Shown: positions 50,634 through 60,603 of the stretch, in pieces
Numbering within the stretch: position 1 is the stretch's first letter
How the letters are laid out: the number at the start of each line of letters is the position of its first letter
Assembly (NCBI GenBank): GCA_002937505.1
Contig: PTJY01000001.1
Span: 472,986-536,985 of the forward strand
Reading direction: 5' to 3'
DNA length: 64,000 nt
From: Alphaproteobacteria bacterium MarineAlpha12_Bin1
GTDB lineage: Bacteria; Pseudomonadota; Alphaproteobacteria; UBA6615
Program-made: the position numbers and the translations under genes
Notes under the pieces: model-generated
Database searches by the model: none
What the model was told of the DNA's origin: nothing
What the model saw: the letters and a program-made list of their open reading frames with translations, nothing else

Positions 50634-51359
50634 TTATTCTTTGCTTCTGCCAGTTTGAGCAGCTTTGAATAGCTCCGACATAACAGAATCCTTATCATTC
50701 ACTGGTTTATCAAAGTCAAAACGGGCTTCTGCATCGTTGCGAGCCAGATCAACGCCTTCAGGATCAATGCCCGTAAGTCTCCAGTCCATGCCCGGTCGGC
50801 CAACTGCATTATTCGCGCATAGATTAATTAGTTCAGAAAAATTAAGATTTATATCCTCAATCAACTCAGGTTCATCAATCGACAACTTCAGGTAATGAGT
50901 TGTGCTATAAATTACCTCCGTCATATCAAGTTTATACATTTGGTCATCGCCTAAAACAAAATTAACTCTTTCTATGGACACTCGGTAAAGTACTGCATCA
51001 TTAAATTGTTGATAAATTTGAGAGGAAAAGTGACGTGACAAAAAACGTTTTTTTAACAAATGATCTTCACTGGGTATAGCTTTACCAATTATTGAAACTC
51101 GTCCTTGGGTAATAGCATCTCGAGCCTTAAAAAATAAAATAGAAATTCGATTGTCGTTTCTTATGTTAATGCTGTGTTGAGCAAAGACAGGAAGAAGAAG
51201 CAAGGGTGCCGCGTCGTGTCCGCAAGCCACTAAGGATAAGCTTGCATAAGGTCTACCCTCTGAAGCACTATCTATGGTTGCCAGGCTAACCTGTCTGGTA
51301 GTACGCATCAAACGCCGCGCAACACTCCCTGGTTTTTTATCTCGGTCGTCAGTTATCAT
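50634..51359 (-). CDS. HugZ / pyridoxamine-5'-phosphate-oxidase-like split-barrel protein with DUF2470-like C-terminus
   Basis: ARRL..LAT..G.PYAS, QH..N, W.LTGIDPEG.D..RFDF. Confidence 0.8.
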   Translation of the reverse strand: MITDDRDKKPGSVARRLMRTTRQVSLATIDSASEGRPYASLSLVACGHDAAPLLLLPVFAQHSINIRNDNRISILFFKARDAITQGRVSIIGKAIPSEDHLLKKRFLSRHFSSQIYQQFNDAVLYRVSIERVNFVLGDDQMYKLDMTEVIYSTTHYLKLSIDEPELIEDINLNFSELINLCANNAVGRPGMDWRLTGIDPEGVDLARNDAEARFDFDKPVNDKDSVMSELFKAAQTGRSKE

Positions 51360-51418
51360 AATTATTTTAAAACCAAAGAAGTGGGCAAAATTTCAAATTA
51401 AAAAATTCCATTATCAAG

Positions 51419-51970
51419 TTAATGATTTCTGTGCGCGTTTTTACGTTGATCCCCTTGCAAACCACCTTTTATATTTTCTCTTTTAGGCCCTCGAGAACCA
51501 GCACCAAAAACTAACGCCTTTATCTCAATCAGGCCAGCATGCTGAAAATGAAGAGCAATACCAACGGTTTGTCCTCTATCGAGTTTTGTTTTTAGGCCCA
51601 TCAGCATAATGTGTTTAGCGCCAGGCTCTAGTTCTACTTCGCTATTAGCTGGTATTTCAATACCATTCTTAATTGAGTGCATTTTTATTATATCACCATC
51701 GAGAATCATATCATGTAAAGTTGCCTTTTTTGAACGGTTAGACTCTACTTTGATTAATCGATCTGCATGATTTCCTGAATTAATAATTTTCACGTAGACA
51801 ACCCCTGACATTTGATGTGATGAAGTTGCTCGTGACCAGGGATCCTTTATCGTCAAACTTCCCAACTGAAACTCACTGGCCACAGCAGAACTTTGTATAA
51901 AGGCAACCACAACAAAAGAAAATATAATCTTAAAAAAGATGCCCGTTCTAAAAAAATAATTAAGTAACAT
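51419..51970 (-). CDS. Copper chaperone PCu(A)C
   Basis: DPWSRAT, H-x10-M..LEPG..HIM copper motif. Confidence 0.9.
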   Translation of the reverse strand: MLLNYFFRTGIFFKIIFSFVVVAFIQSSAVASEFQLGSLTIKDPWSRATSSHQMSGVVYVKIINSGNHADRLIKVESNRSKKATLHDMILDGDIIKMHSIKNGIEIPANSEVELEPGAKHIMLMGLKTKLDRGQTVGIALHFQHAGLIEIKALVFGAGSRGPKRENIKGGLQGDQRKNAHRNH

Positions 51971-51979
51971 TATTCTATA

Positions 51980-52594
51980 TTAACCTTTCATATGTTTGCG
52001 AATTTCATCGGCAATTTCAGATGGCGATGTCCCATAACGAAATAAAGATATTACAGAACCTTTTGGATCAACTAAATATATAAATGAAGTGTGGTCCATC
52101 AAATAAAAACTGTACTCTTGATCATCTACACGCCTGTAAAAAACGCGGTATTTTTCAGCCACATCTTTAATCTGATTTTCTGTTCCAGTAAGTCCAATAA
52201 TACGATCATGAAACAATGTTATATATTCTGATAAGACATCTGGCGTGTCACGCTCAGGATCTATAGTTATCATTATAGGGGTAACAGCCAATGAATCGCG
52301 CCCTAGTTCATCTAAAACCAAAGCCACATCGGCCAGTGCTGTTGGACAGGCATCCGGACAAAAAGTGTAGCCAAAAAAAACTAAAACATAATTACCTAAA
52401 AAGTTTTTTTCTGTAACAGCGTTTCCCTTATGATCAATGAGATTGAAGGCGCCACCCATTTTAACGCTTGTAATTAGTCCACTAGGATTTTTGGTTATGT
52501 CATCTTCGCGAATTACCAGCCACTCCGCCAGGGCGGCAAGGGCTGCTACTAAAATAATGGCTAAAATTAAACCGATTCTTGTCGATTTTTTCAT
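51980..52594 (-). CDS. SCO family copper protein
   Basis: N-terminal TM, FGYTFCPDACP (CxxxC), DPERDT, MDHT. Confidence 0.94.
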   Translation of the reverse strand: MKKSTRIGLILAIILVAALAALAEWLVIREDDITKNPSGLITSVKMGGAFNLIDHKGNAVTEKNFLGNYVLVFFGYTFCPDACPTALADVALVLDELGRDSLAVTPIMITIDPERDTPDVLSEYITLFHDRIIGLTGTENQIKDVAEKYRVFYRRVDDQEYSFYLMDHTSFIYLVDPKGSVISLFRYGTSPSEIADEIRKHMKG

Positions 52595-52804
52595 TGGCTA
52601 GACGACATGTGGCTCATAGATTATTCTGATAAATTATATAATTCACTACGTAATGAACTTCAGTGATAAAGGCAAATATAATATAAAGTTTATTGTTCTA
52701 TTTACTTTTAGTTTTACTGCCGTCCATATGCGGTCTTAAAACTGCCATAATATCACGACGAATATAAGAATAAGAGTCTATTTAAACAAAATGAGGAAAA
52801 TTCG

Positions 52805-53500
52805 ATGGCGCAAACAATAGCGTTAGTCGATGATGATCGAAATATACTTACTTCTATATCTATTGCCTTAAAAGCGGAAGGCTACAACGTTCAAGCTTAC
52901 TCAGATGGTGATGAGGCACTTCGTGGCTTGAGGTCGCAGCACGCTGACTTAGCTGTTCTAGACATAAAAATGCCACGGATGGACGGCATAGAACTATTAG
53001 GCCGTTTGAGAAAAAATTCCTCAATCAAGGTTATATTTTTAACATCTAAAGATGATGAGATTGATGAAGTAATTGGTTTTAGAATGGGTGCAGACGACTA
53101 TATTACCAAACCATTTTCGCAACGGTTACTTATTGAAAGAATTAGAGCTGTTTTACGACGAGATAAAAAATCAGATGATTCTTCAAATGGCGATCAAAAA
53201 ATTATAAGTCAGAAGGGGTTATTGCTGGATTCTAATCGACATAGATGTATGTGGCGAGAAAAGGACGTGGCATTAACGGTGACAGAGTTTCTTATACTAG
53301 AGGCATTAGCAAAGCGTCCTGGACACGTAAAAAGTCGAGACCAACTTATGGATGCCGCCTATGGAGATAGTATCTATGTTGACGACCGAACTATCGATAG
53401 TCATATAAAAAGGCTTCGAAAAAAATTCAAGCAAGTAGATATTAGTTTCTCACAAATAGAAACTCTTTATGGCATAGGCTATCGCTACAAAGACAGCTAA
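52805..53500 (+). CDS. chvI: OmpR-family response regulator ChvI
   Basis: [49 protein letters not shown]. Confidence 0.95.
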   Translation: MAQTIALVDDDRNILTSISIALKAEGYNVQAYSDGDEALRGLRSQHADLAVLDIKMPRMDGIELLGRLRKNSSIKVIFLTSKDDEIDEVIGFRMGADDYITKPFSQRLLIERIRAVLRRDKKSDDSSNGDQKIISQKGLLLDSNRHRCMWREKDVALTVTEFLILEALAKRPGHVKSRDQLMDAAYGDSIYVDDRTIDSHIKRLRKKFKQVDISFSQIETLYGIGYRYKDS

Positions 53501-53550
53501 TATAATTTGTAAAACTATTCACAGGATCAAGAGACACTCTTGACACCGCC

Positions 53551-55281
53551 ATGGCCAAACAAAGCGAAAAGAGACTCACACCAGAGAACCCAGAAAATAA
53601 TTTCTCTGGAAAACGTAAATTTAAAAGGTTTTATAAGCTTGGCAAATGGCTTGGACAGCTAAGAGCTTCAACCTCTCTTACAAAACGGATACTAGCGATT
53701 AATTTACTCGTACTGATTGTGCCTATTGGAAGTTTCTTCTTTTTAGATCAATATCAGAGGAGCCTTATAGAATCAGAACTTGACGCCCTAAACTCAAAAG
53801 CCAAGGTCTTTGCAGGCGCTGTTGGAGCGGGAGCAGTAAGTGTATTACCTGGTTTCGGACAAAGTATTAACCCTCTGAGAGCAAGTTTAATGCTAAGTCG
53901 CCTTACAAGCTCCACCAATACTAGAGCACGACTATTCTCATATGATGGATCTTTAATTGTAGACACACAACACCAGAGGTTATCAAGAGAGCCTGTATCT
54001 ATTCAGGCTTTGCCATCTCAAGAAGAGGAAGGACAAATTTTGAGATGGTTCGAAAGAAAAGTTGGATCAATTTTGAACTGGTTACCAGGGCAGAGTGATT
54101 TACCGATTTATAGAGAAACTATTCCACAACACGCGCTGAGTTATTCTGAAGCTAAAAATGCCTTGTTTGGAGATTCTTCAGCCGTAATAAGAAGACAAGA
54201 GTCTGGTGGCATATTGATTTCAGTTTCAGCTCCTGTTCAACGCTACCGTCAGGTGGTTGGCGCTTTAATGCTCTCGACAGATGGTCGAGCCGTCGAGTTA
54301 GCCATGAAAAAAATTCGTCTCGATATATTGCAAGTATTTATTTTTGCTTTAGGGGTTACAGTTCTTCTTTCACTTTATCTTGCAGGAACTATCGCAAGGC
54401 CTATAAACCGTCTAGCCTCTGCTGCTGAATTGGTTCGAACGGGTCACGGGAGATATACAGAGATTCCTGATTTCTCTGCTAGGGGCGATGAAATAGGTGA
54501 TTTAAGTAGAGACTTAAGAGGCATGACTGAAGCTCTTTGGAAACGAATGGACGAAATCGAACGTTTTGCTGCTGATGTGGCACATGAAATTAAGAATCCC
54601 TTAACCTCTTTACGAAGTGCCGTTGAAACTGTGGCCCGAATTAACGACCCGGAACAACAGAAACAGTTGATATCGATTATTATCGACGACGTTCAGAGAC
54701 TTGACCGTTTAATCAGTGATATTTCTGATGCTTCAAGACTTGATGCAGAGCTTAGTCGGGACGTACCAGCCCCAATTAACTTGCGATCAGTATTAAGCAC
54801 CTTAATCGAAGTTGAAAGCAATAAAGATTCTAATAAAAAAACCATTATTGATTGCCACCTCGAAGAGGAAACTAATCTTACTGTTTATGCATCAGAAGGA
54901 CGTTTAGGCCAAGTATTCCTAAACATAATTAGTAATGCTACATCTTTTTCTCCAGTTGGAAAAAAAGTAACTGTTAAGGCTAATCGTGTTATAACTGACG
55001 AAAACGCTAATGTGATTGTTACAGTAGATGACGAAGGTCAAGGAATTCCAGAAGAAAACCTTGAATCAATATTTGAACGATTTTACACAGATAGACCAAT
55101 TCAGGAATTAGAAAGCGAAGCTAAAAAGTATGAGGTCCATTCAGGGCTTGGTTTAAGTATATCCAGACAAATTGTCGAGGCTGCGGGTGGACAAATTTGG
55201 GCTGAAAACAGAAGAAATGATAGAAATGAGATAGCAGGAGCAAGAATTATAGTAAAATTTCCTGCTAGCAATCAGAACTAG
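53551..55281 (+). CDS. chvG: Sensor histidine kinase ChvG
   Basis: LTKRILAINL, R.DEIGDL HAMP, FAADVAHEIKNPLTSLRSAVET, SGLGLSI. Confidence 0.94.
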   Translation: MAKQSEKRLTPENPENNFSGKRKFKRFYKLGKWLGQLRASTSLTKRILAINLLVLIVPIGSFFFLDQYQRSLIESELDALNSKAKVFAGAVGAGAVSVLPGFGQSINPLRASLMLSRLTSSTNTRARLFSYDGSLIVDTQHQRLSREPVSIQALPSQEEEGQILRWFERKVGSILNWLPGQSDLPIYRETIPQHALSYSEAKNALFGDSSAVIRRQESGGILISVSAPVQRYRQVVGALMLSTDGRAVELAMKKIRLDILQVFIFALGVTVLLSLYLAGTIARPINRLASAAELVRTGHGRYTEIPDFSARGDEIGDLSRDLRGMTEALWKRMDEIERFAADVAHEIKNPLTSLRSAVETVARINDPEQQKQLISIIIDDVQRLDRLISDISDASRLDAELSRDVPAPINLRSVLSTLIEVESNKDSNKKTIIDCHLEEETNLTVYASEGRLGQVFLNIISNATSFSPVGKKVTVKANRVITDENANVIVTVDDEGQGIPEENLESIFERFYTDRPIQELESEAKKYEVHSGLGLSISRQIVEAAGGQIWAENRRNDRNEIAGARIIVKFPASNQN

Positions 55282-55346
55282 CTTTAATAGTTTTTTTGGA
55301 TCATATTCGATGGGTCAATTAGGAATAAACTAGAAAGAAAAATATA

Positions 55347-56252
55347 ATGGCGGTCACTCGGGTAGAATCTTTAGTTTATGGAGTTAGTGATTTAGCTGCC
55401 GGTATTAATTATTATCAGGATTGGGGTCTCGAGACCCTGGAAAAAAATAGTAAAGGGGCTGTATTCGGGACTCCTGTAGGACAAACTATTTATCTGATAG
55501 ATAAAAATGACTCCTCCCTTCCCTCTGCCCCAGGCGATAACATATCTACGGTTCGTAAGACCATTTGGGGAGTGGATTCAGAAGAGGAGTTAGAAAAAAT
55601 TTCTGATGAGCTATCAAAAGATAGGGAAATTATCCTTTCTGAAGATGGTTCCTTCTATACTCGAGATGAAAGTGGATTTCCAATAGGTTTTTGTTTGAGC
55701 CAACCAATCCAAGTGGATATTGCTCCACCAGAAGTAAACACGAACGAAAACTCTATACGATTAAATAAAGTTGTAGACCATATTTCTCAAGCAAAACCCT
55801 TTCGCATTGGCCATGTTGTCTACTTCATCCCAAAAGAGGAATCCGAAAAAGCAGCCTCTTTTTATATTGATCGTCTGGGTTTTCGTCTTTCGGATCGTAC
55901 AATTGGCCGGGGCGATTTTATGAGGTGTCCTAAATCCCGCGATCACCACAATTTATTTTTATTACAAAGAAATGATACAGCTGCATTTAATCATGCAGCA
56001 TTTGAAGTTAAAGATTTCGATGAGATCATGATGGGTGGTGAATACATGCAAAAACATGGATGGAACGCCGCAACTAATCCTGGTAGACATATTTTAGGAT
56101 CAAACCTTTATTGGTATTTTTCCAATCCTAGCGGTGGTAACACAGAATATTTTGCTGATATGGACTGCATGGACGATAATTGGAAGCCCAGAATTTGGGA
56201 TAAAAACCCTGGATTTTCTCTCTGGTCTATTGATATGCTTGTTAACAATTGA
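55347..56252 (+). CDS. VOC-fold type I extradiol ring-cleavage dioxygenase
   Basis: Two VOC domains; metal ligands GHVV, NHAAF, TEY; HH and GRH..GSN.YWYF motifs. Confidence 0.82.
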   Translation: MAVTRVESLVYGVSDLAAGINYYQDWGLETLEKNSKGAVFGTPVGQTIYLIDKNDSSLPSAPGDNISTVRKTIWGVDSEEELEKISDELSKDREIILSEDGSFYTRDESGFPIGFCLSQPIQVDIAPPEVNTNENSIRLNKVVDHISQAKPFRIGHVVYFIPKEESEKAASFYIDRLGFRLSDRTIGRGDFMRCPKSRDHHNLFLLQRNDTAAFNHAAFEVKDFDEIMMGGEYMQKHGWNAATNPGRHILGSNLYWYFSNPSGGNTEYFADMDCMDDNWKPRIWDKNPGFSLWSIDMLVNN

Positions 56253-56287
56253 CCCTCAAATTCTTGTTTGGAGGCTCGGAGTAAACT

Positions 56288-57472
56288 ATGACCGTCACGA
56301 GATTAGACACTAATGATTACAACGCAGTCAGTGCTGCAGATAAGTTAGTCCCCATTATACAAGAACGCGCAGAAGCAACTGAGGACGCACGCTCAGTTGT
56401 AAAACAAAATATTAACGACTTAAAAAGTGCAGGGCTATTTAGGATGGGGGTTCCTAAATATTTGGGTGGCCATGAGATTCCGATTGAGCAATCGGTAGAG
56501 GCCATATCAAGATTAGCTAGAGGCTGTGCTTCAACTGCTTGGGTTTGCGGTGTTTATAATGATCATGCCATAACAATCGGAATGTTTGATTCCAAGGCTG
56601 CAGAGGAGATATGGGGTAATAATCCAGATGCACTTGTTTCTGCAGGATTCAATCCTGCTGGGGAAGCAAAAAGGTCTGATGGGGGTTGGAGTCTAAGTGG
56701 TACATGGGGTTGGTCAAGCGGTTGTGATCACGCTGACTGGATGATGGTCGTTACTTTTTTGCCTGCAAACGGCAGTGATAAACCTACACCTTATTTTTGT
56801 TTGGTTCCAAAGTCGGAGGTTAAAATTGAGGACAACTGGCAAGTAATGGGGTTGGCTGGCACAGGATCAAAAAATTTAGTGATTGAAAATGCCTTCGTTC
56901 CTGATCACCTTACATTTTCAATGATAGAGACGAATAATGGTTCTGCTAATAGACTAGCAAATAAAATTTCACCTCTTTTTTGTTTACCCCGTACCTCCGT
57001 AATCCCATTTATGTTAGCAGCCCCATCCCTAGGAGTAGCGGAGGGCCTTCTCAAACTTCAGATGGATTACGTAAAGAACCACCAAAGCATGGGAGGTGTA
57101 AGTTTAAGTGAACTAGGAACAATGCAAATGCATATTGCCGAAGCTTCAGCTGAAATAGACGCCGCAAAAATGCTAATGTTACGAGATTGTCGAGAGGCTA
57201 TGGCCTCAATGTACAAAGGACAAGAAATGACAATGATAGAAAGGGCTCGTTGTAGAAGAGATCAAGCCTATATGGTTACTTTATGCAGACGAGCAGTAAA
57301 TAGATTATTTACTACTGCCGGGGGAAGTGGAATATTTTTAAACAATGAAATGCAACGTAAGTTTCGTGATATCAATGCCATCAGTGCTCATATGGCTTTA
57401 AACTGGGATATTGCAGGAAGCACCTATGGAAGAGTTTCTCTCGGACTGGATCCGAAAGACCCTAGAATTTAG
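56288..57472 (+). CDS. Acyl-CoA-dehydrogenase-fold flavin monooxygenase (HsaA/C2-HpaH-like, group D)
   Basis: CASTAW, W.WSSG.DHADW, W.VMGL.GTGS, QR.FRD. Confidence 0.87.
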   Translation: MTVTRLDTNDYNAVSAADKLVPIIQERAEATEDARSVVKQNINDLKSAGLFRMGVPKYLGGHEIPIEQSVEAISRLARGCASTAWVCGVYNDHAITIGMFDSKAAEEIWGNNPDALVSAGFNPAGEAKRSDGGWSLSGTWGWSSGCDHADWMMVVTFLPANGSDKPTPYFCLVPKSEVKIEDNWQVMGLAGTGSKNLVIENAFVPDHLTFSMIETNNGSANRLANKISPLFCLPRTSVIPFMLAAPSLGVAEGLLKLQMDYVKNHQSMGGVSLSELGTMQMHIAEASAEIDAAKMLMLRDCREAMASMYKGQEMTMIERARCRRDQAYMVTLCRRAVNRLFTTAGGSGIFLNNEMQRKFRDINAISAHMALNWDIAGSTYGRVSLGLDPKDPRI

Positions 57473-57731
57473 GAACTCAAAAAATTAGAAACACTATCGC
57501 TTAGTGCATTTGGTTGGCACAAATACATAGATCAATCAACATAAGAATCTATTTGATAAACGAAAAGTTAGACTGAGAGGATTTTTTTATTCTAGAAGAG
57601 GTAAACAAACAATTTACCTTGGCTAAACAGTGTAATAAATGTGTTATGGTTTGTTTTTCTTTTATCAATTTTATACATTTTAAGCGTTATTAAATTATTA
57701 ACAGTTAGTTATTTGATTAAAAAAGGACGAA

Positions 57732-58781
57732 ATGATGAAGCAAATCAACGTTGGGGTAATTGGAACTGGATGGACTGGAGGTATTAGAGCAAATGCCTGT
57801 GCAACAAGCCCTTTAATAAATGAGCTACACATTGCTGAAATAAATCCAACGAGATTGGCTGAAGTAAAACAAGAAACGAACCCAGTTTTTTCGACCACTG
57901 ATTGGGAGGAATTGCTCAAAAAAGATGAGCTAGAAGCTATCGTCATTTCCGCAACTCCAGAATCAACACATTATCCTATGATTAAAGCAGCGCTAGAAGC
58001 GGGTAAGCACGTCTTTGTAGAAAAGCCAATATCAACTACTATTGCCGAAGCTGATGAGGTTATAGCCCTCGCCGAATCCAAAAATCTAAAATTTACGGTT
58101 GGGTACTCCCAACGTTTTAAGCCTAAATTTGCTTACGTTAACAAAGCCTTAAAAGAAGGACTCGTTGGCGAGCCAGTAACCTGCCTGGTTAGCAGAAACG
58201 TTACTCGGGAACTGGGAACTAAAATAACTGGCCGCTCCAAACTTTCTCCTGCTGCTATGGAGGCGACACATGATTTAGACTTTCTATTATGGTGTCTACA
58301 GCCTAGAAAACCTGTTCGTGTTTACTCTCAAACCTCGGGAAAGCTATTCAAAAGGACAAGTGAGACTCCTGATCATCAGTGGATAATGGTTACAATGGAT
58401 GACGGCACGACAATCACGGTAGGAGCTGGATGGATACTACCAATTGGCTATCCAAATTACTCACAGTGCTGGATAGAAGTCATTGGATCAGATGGAGCGT
58501 TAACAATAGATGATACTAATAAAGAGGTTCAATTTAATACGACAGAAAATGGCATACGTTACCCAATGTCTTCGATGCCAGGAGAACCAGTCGATCATGT
58601 CTTTGCGGGCCCAATGGCAAGTGAAACATTACACTTTATTGAAGCAGTTGTTTATGACAGACCAGTTATGGTAAAGCCCGATGAAGCACGACTTGTGATG
58701 GACGTATACACTGCTGCTGACCTCTCAGATGAGCTCGGAGAGCCCGTCACCATACCACGAAATGACCCTGCGCCCGCCTAG
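57732..58781 (+). CDS. Gfo/Idh/MocA oxidoreductase, paralog A
   Basis: VIGTGW.G, VFVEKP, VGY.QRF, THDLD. Confidence 0.9.
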   Translation: MMKQINVGVIGTGWTGGIRANACATSPLINELHIAEINPTRLAEVKQETNPVFSTTDWEELLKKDELEAIVISATPESTHYPMIKAALEAGKHVFVEKPISTTIAEADEVIALAESKNLKFTVGYSQRFKPKFAYVNKALKEGLVGEPVTCLVSRNVTRELGTKITGRSKLSPAAMEATHDLDFLLWCLQPRKPVRVYSQTSGKLFKRTSETPDHQWIMVTMDDGTTITVGAGWILPIGYPNYSQCWIEVIGSDGALTIDDTNKEVQFNTTENGIRYPMSSMPGEPVDHVFAGPMASETLHFIEAVVYDRPVMVKPDEARLVMDVYTAADLSDELGEPVTIPRNDPAPA

Positions 58782-58918
58782 GTTTAAATAAAAAAGTGTT
58801 CAATTACTCCAAAAGATCAAAATAGAGTTTATGTAAAAGTCTTTTAATCATCAGAGTGTTTGATCAATTAGTTTTGGCTAATACAGTTTGTCTTGGAAAG
58901 AATAAGGGAAGCTAAATT

Positions 58919-59656
58919 ATGGATAATGGAATTTGGGCGATTTGGTATGACTTACCAGAAAATGTGAGAGAAGAGCATATTAGATGGTTACATAACTCGT
59001 ATCTTCCTGAAATTATTTCCAGACCGGGTTTTGCTTGGGCAGCCCATTATCAAAGCAATGGTGGTGGCCCTGATATGGAGAAGGTGCGTAACACTTTCCC
59101 TAAATCAGCTAATATGGAAAACATTGGCAATGGAACTCAATTTCTAATGTTGGTTGGCGCCACAACTCCCTCAGTCTTTTTTACTGCTCAAGTTGTTAAT
59201 CTAGAAAACACACAAGAACGTATAGCGAGAGAAATGATTAACCAAAGAGAAGGGGTAAGGACCTGTATTTTTTCTGAGTTTGCGCGAGTGAATGGGCCAG
59301 AAATAGAGACTAGACCAACTGGAACTACCCCTGGTCCAGCCATACAAATGGGAAGCTTTCGCATAAATGAAATAGATAAAGAGTTTGATTTAGGATCATG
59401 GTATACACAAGATAGACTGCCTGCCATGGCAAAAATGTCAGGATGCATTGGTGCTAGGGTCATGTTATCAGTAGCTGGCTGGGCTAAATACTCCGTACTT
59501 TATGAGTTTACTTCGCTAGAAGCTCGACTTGAGAATTTTGAAAAGCAGCAAGAGTCTCTGATGTTAAACGAAAAGGAATGGTCTGGAAAAGTCATAAGAT
59601 CAACTATGCACTCACCTGGCTCACCCACTGTTGCCCAGAGAATTTGGCCCCTTTGA
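58919..59656 (+). CDS. Hypothetical protein with two EthD/DUF4286-like barrel repeats
   Basis: Repeated W....LP.....PG/SG pattern in both halves. Confidence 0.6.
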   Translation: MDNGIWAIWYDLPENVREEHIRWLHNSYLPEIISRPGFAWAAHYQSNGGGPDMEKVRNTFPKSANMENIGNGTQFLMLVGATTPSVFFTAQVVNLENTQERIAREMINQREGVRTCIFSEFARVNGPEIETRPTGTTPGPAIQMGSFRINEIDKEFDLGSWYTQDRLPAMAKMSGCIGARVMLSVAGWAKYSVLYEFTSLEARLENFEKQQESLMLNEKEWSGKVIRSTMHSPGSPTVAQRIWPL

Positions 59657-59659
59657 AAA

Positions 59660-60580
59660 ATGGATAAAATCAACATACACTTTGCAGGGTATCAAGGTGA
59701 GTTCTCTGTCCATAGTAAAGCCATAACTATGTTTAAAGAGAATTTACGTTCTATTTTGGGTGACAAACTAAATTTTAGTCAGACGGATAGTATAATTGAC
59801 TTGGGTCGATCCGCAACAGACCTTATTGAAATGGTCAGTTCCGGTGAAATAACGTTTTGTTACATAGCCTCAAGTTATCTAGCGGACAGAGTGCCCGAAT
59901 TCGAACTGCTAGACCTTCCTTTTACTATAAACAATCGCGAACAAGCATACGCATTAATGGATGGTCCCTTAGGAAAATTTTTGTCCGATAAAACTGCAGA
60001 TACTAGTAACTTTCGTATTTTATCATGGTGGGACAACGGCTTCCGACATTTTTCTAATAATATTCGTCCCATCAAAAAACCCGAAGATTGCCTTGGTTTA
60101 AAAATAAGAACCTTAAGAAGCAATATATACACCGAGACTTTATCCGTTCTAGGTTTTGACCCAATATATAGCGATGTCAGTCAAATAAAATCCCTTGTAA
60201 GCTCTGGCGCAATAGATGCTCAAGAAAACGCTTTAAGTAATATACTAAATTTTGGGTTTCACGAGCACCATAGATGGATAACTCTTTCGAATCATTTCTT
60301 CGGACCAGCAGTGATCTTATGTCACAAAAATACTTATGATGGATGGTCCTCAGAATTAAAAGAAATCATAACATCAGAGCTAGCGAAGACCACGGACTAT
60401 CAAAGAACACTTGCTGCACTGGAAGAAAGTGAAGTTATAGAAAATTTTGATCTTTCTAAAAACACGATATACACTCTGGACGAAAATGAGGTAGAGGTGT
60501 TTTCAAGCAAAGTTCAGCCGATAATTGAAAAAACAGTACATCGTTTTAGAAATGAACTGTTTGAGTTTCTTATTCACTAA
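59660..60580 (+). CDS. DctP-family solute-binding protein without a signal peptide
   Basis: LDLPF, DNGFRH, P.D..GLKIR, DAQEN, TLSNH; polar N-terminus. Confidence 0.87.
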   Translation: MDKINIHFAGYQGEFSVHSKAITMFKENLRSILGDKLNFSQTDSIIDLGRSATDLIEMVSSGEITFCYIASSYLADRVPEFELLDLPFTINNREQAYALMDGPLGKFLSDKTADTSNFRILSWWDNGFRHFSNNIRPIKKPEDCLGLKIRTLRSNIYTETLSVLGFDPIYSDVSQIKSLVSSGAIDAQENALSNILNFGFHEHHRWITLSNHFFGPAVILCHKNTYDGWSSELKEIITSELAKTTDYQRTLAALEESEVIENFDLSKNTIYTLDENEVEVFSSKVQPIIEKTVHRFRNELFEFLIH

Positions 60581-60603
60581 CGACATAAATTTTCATAACC
60601 ATC

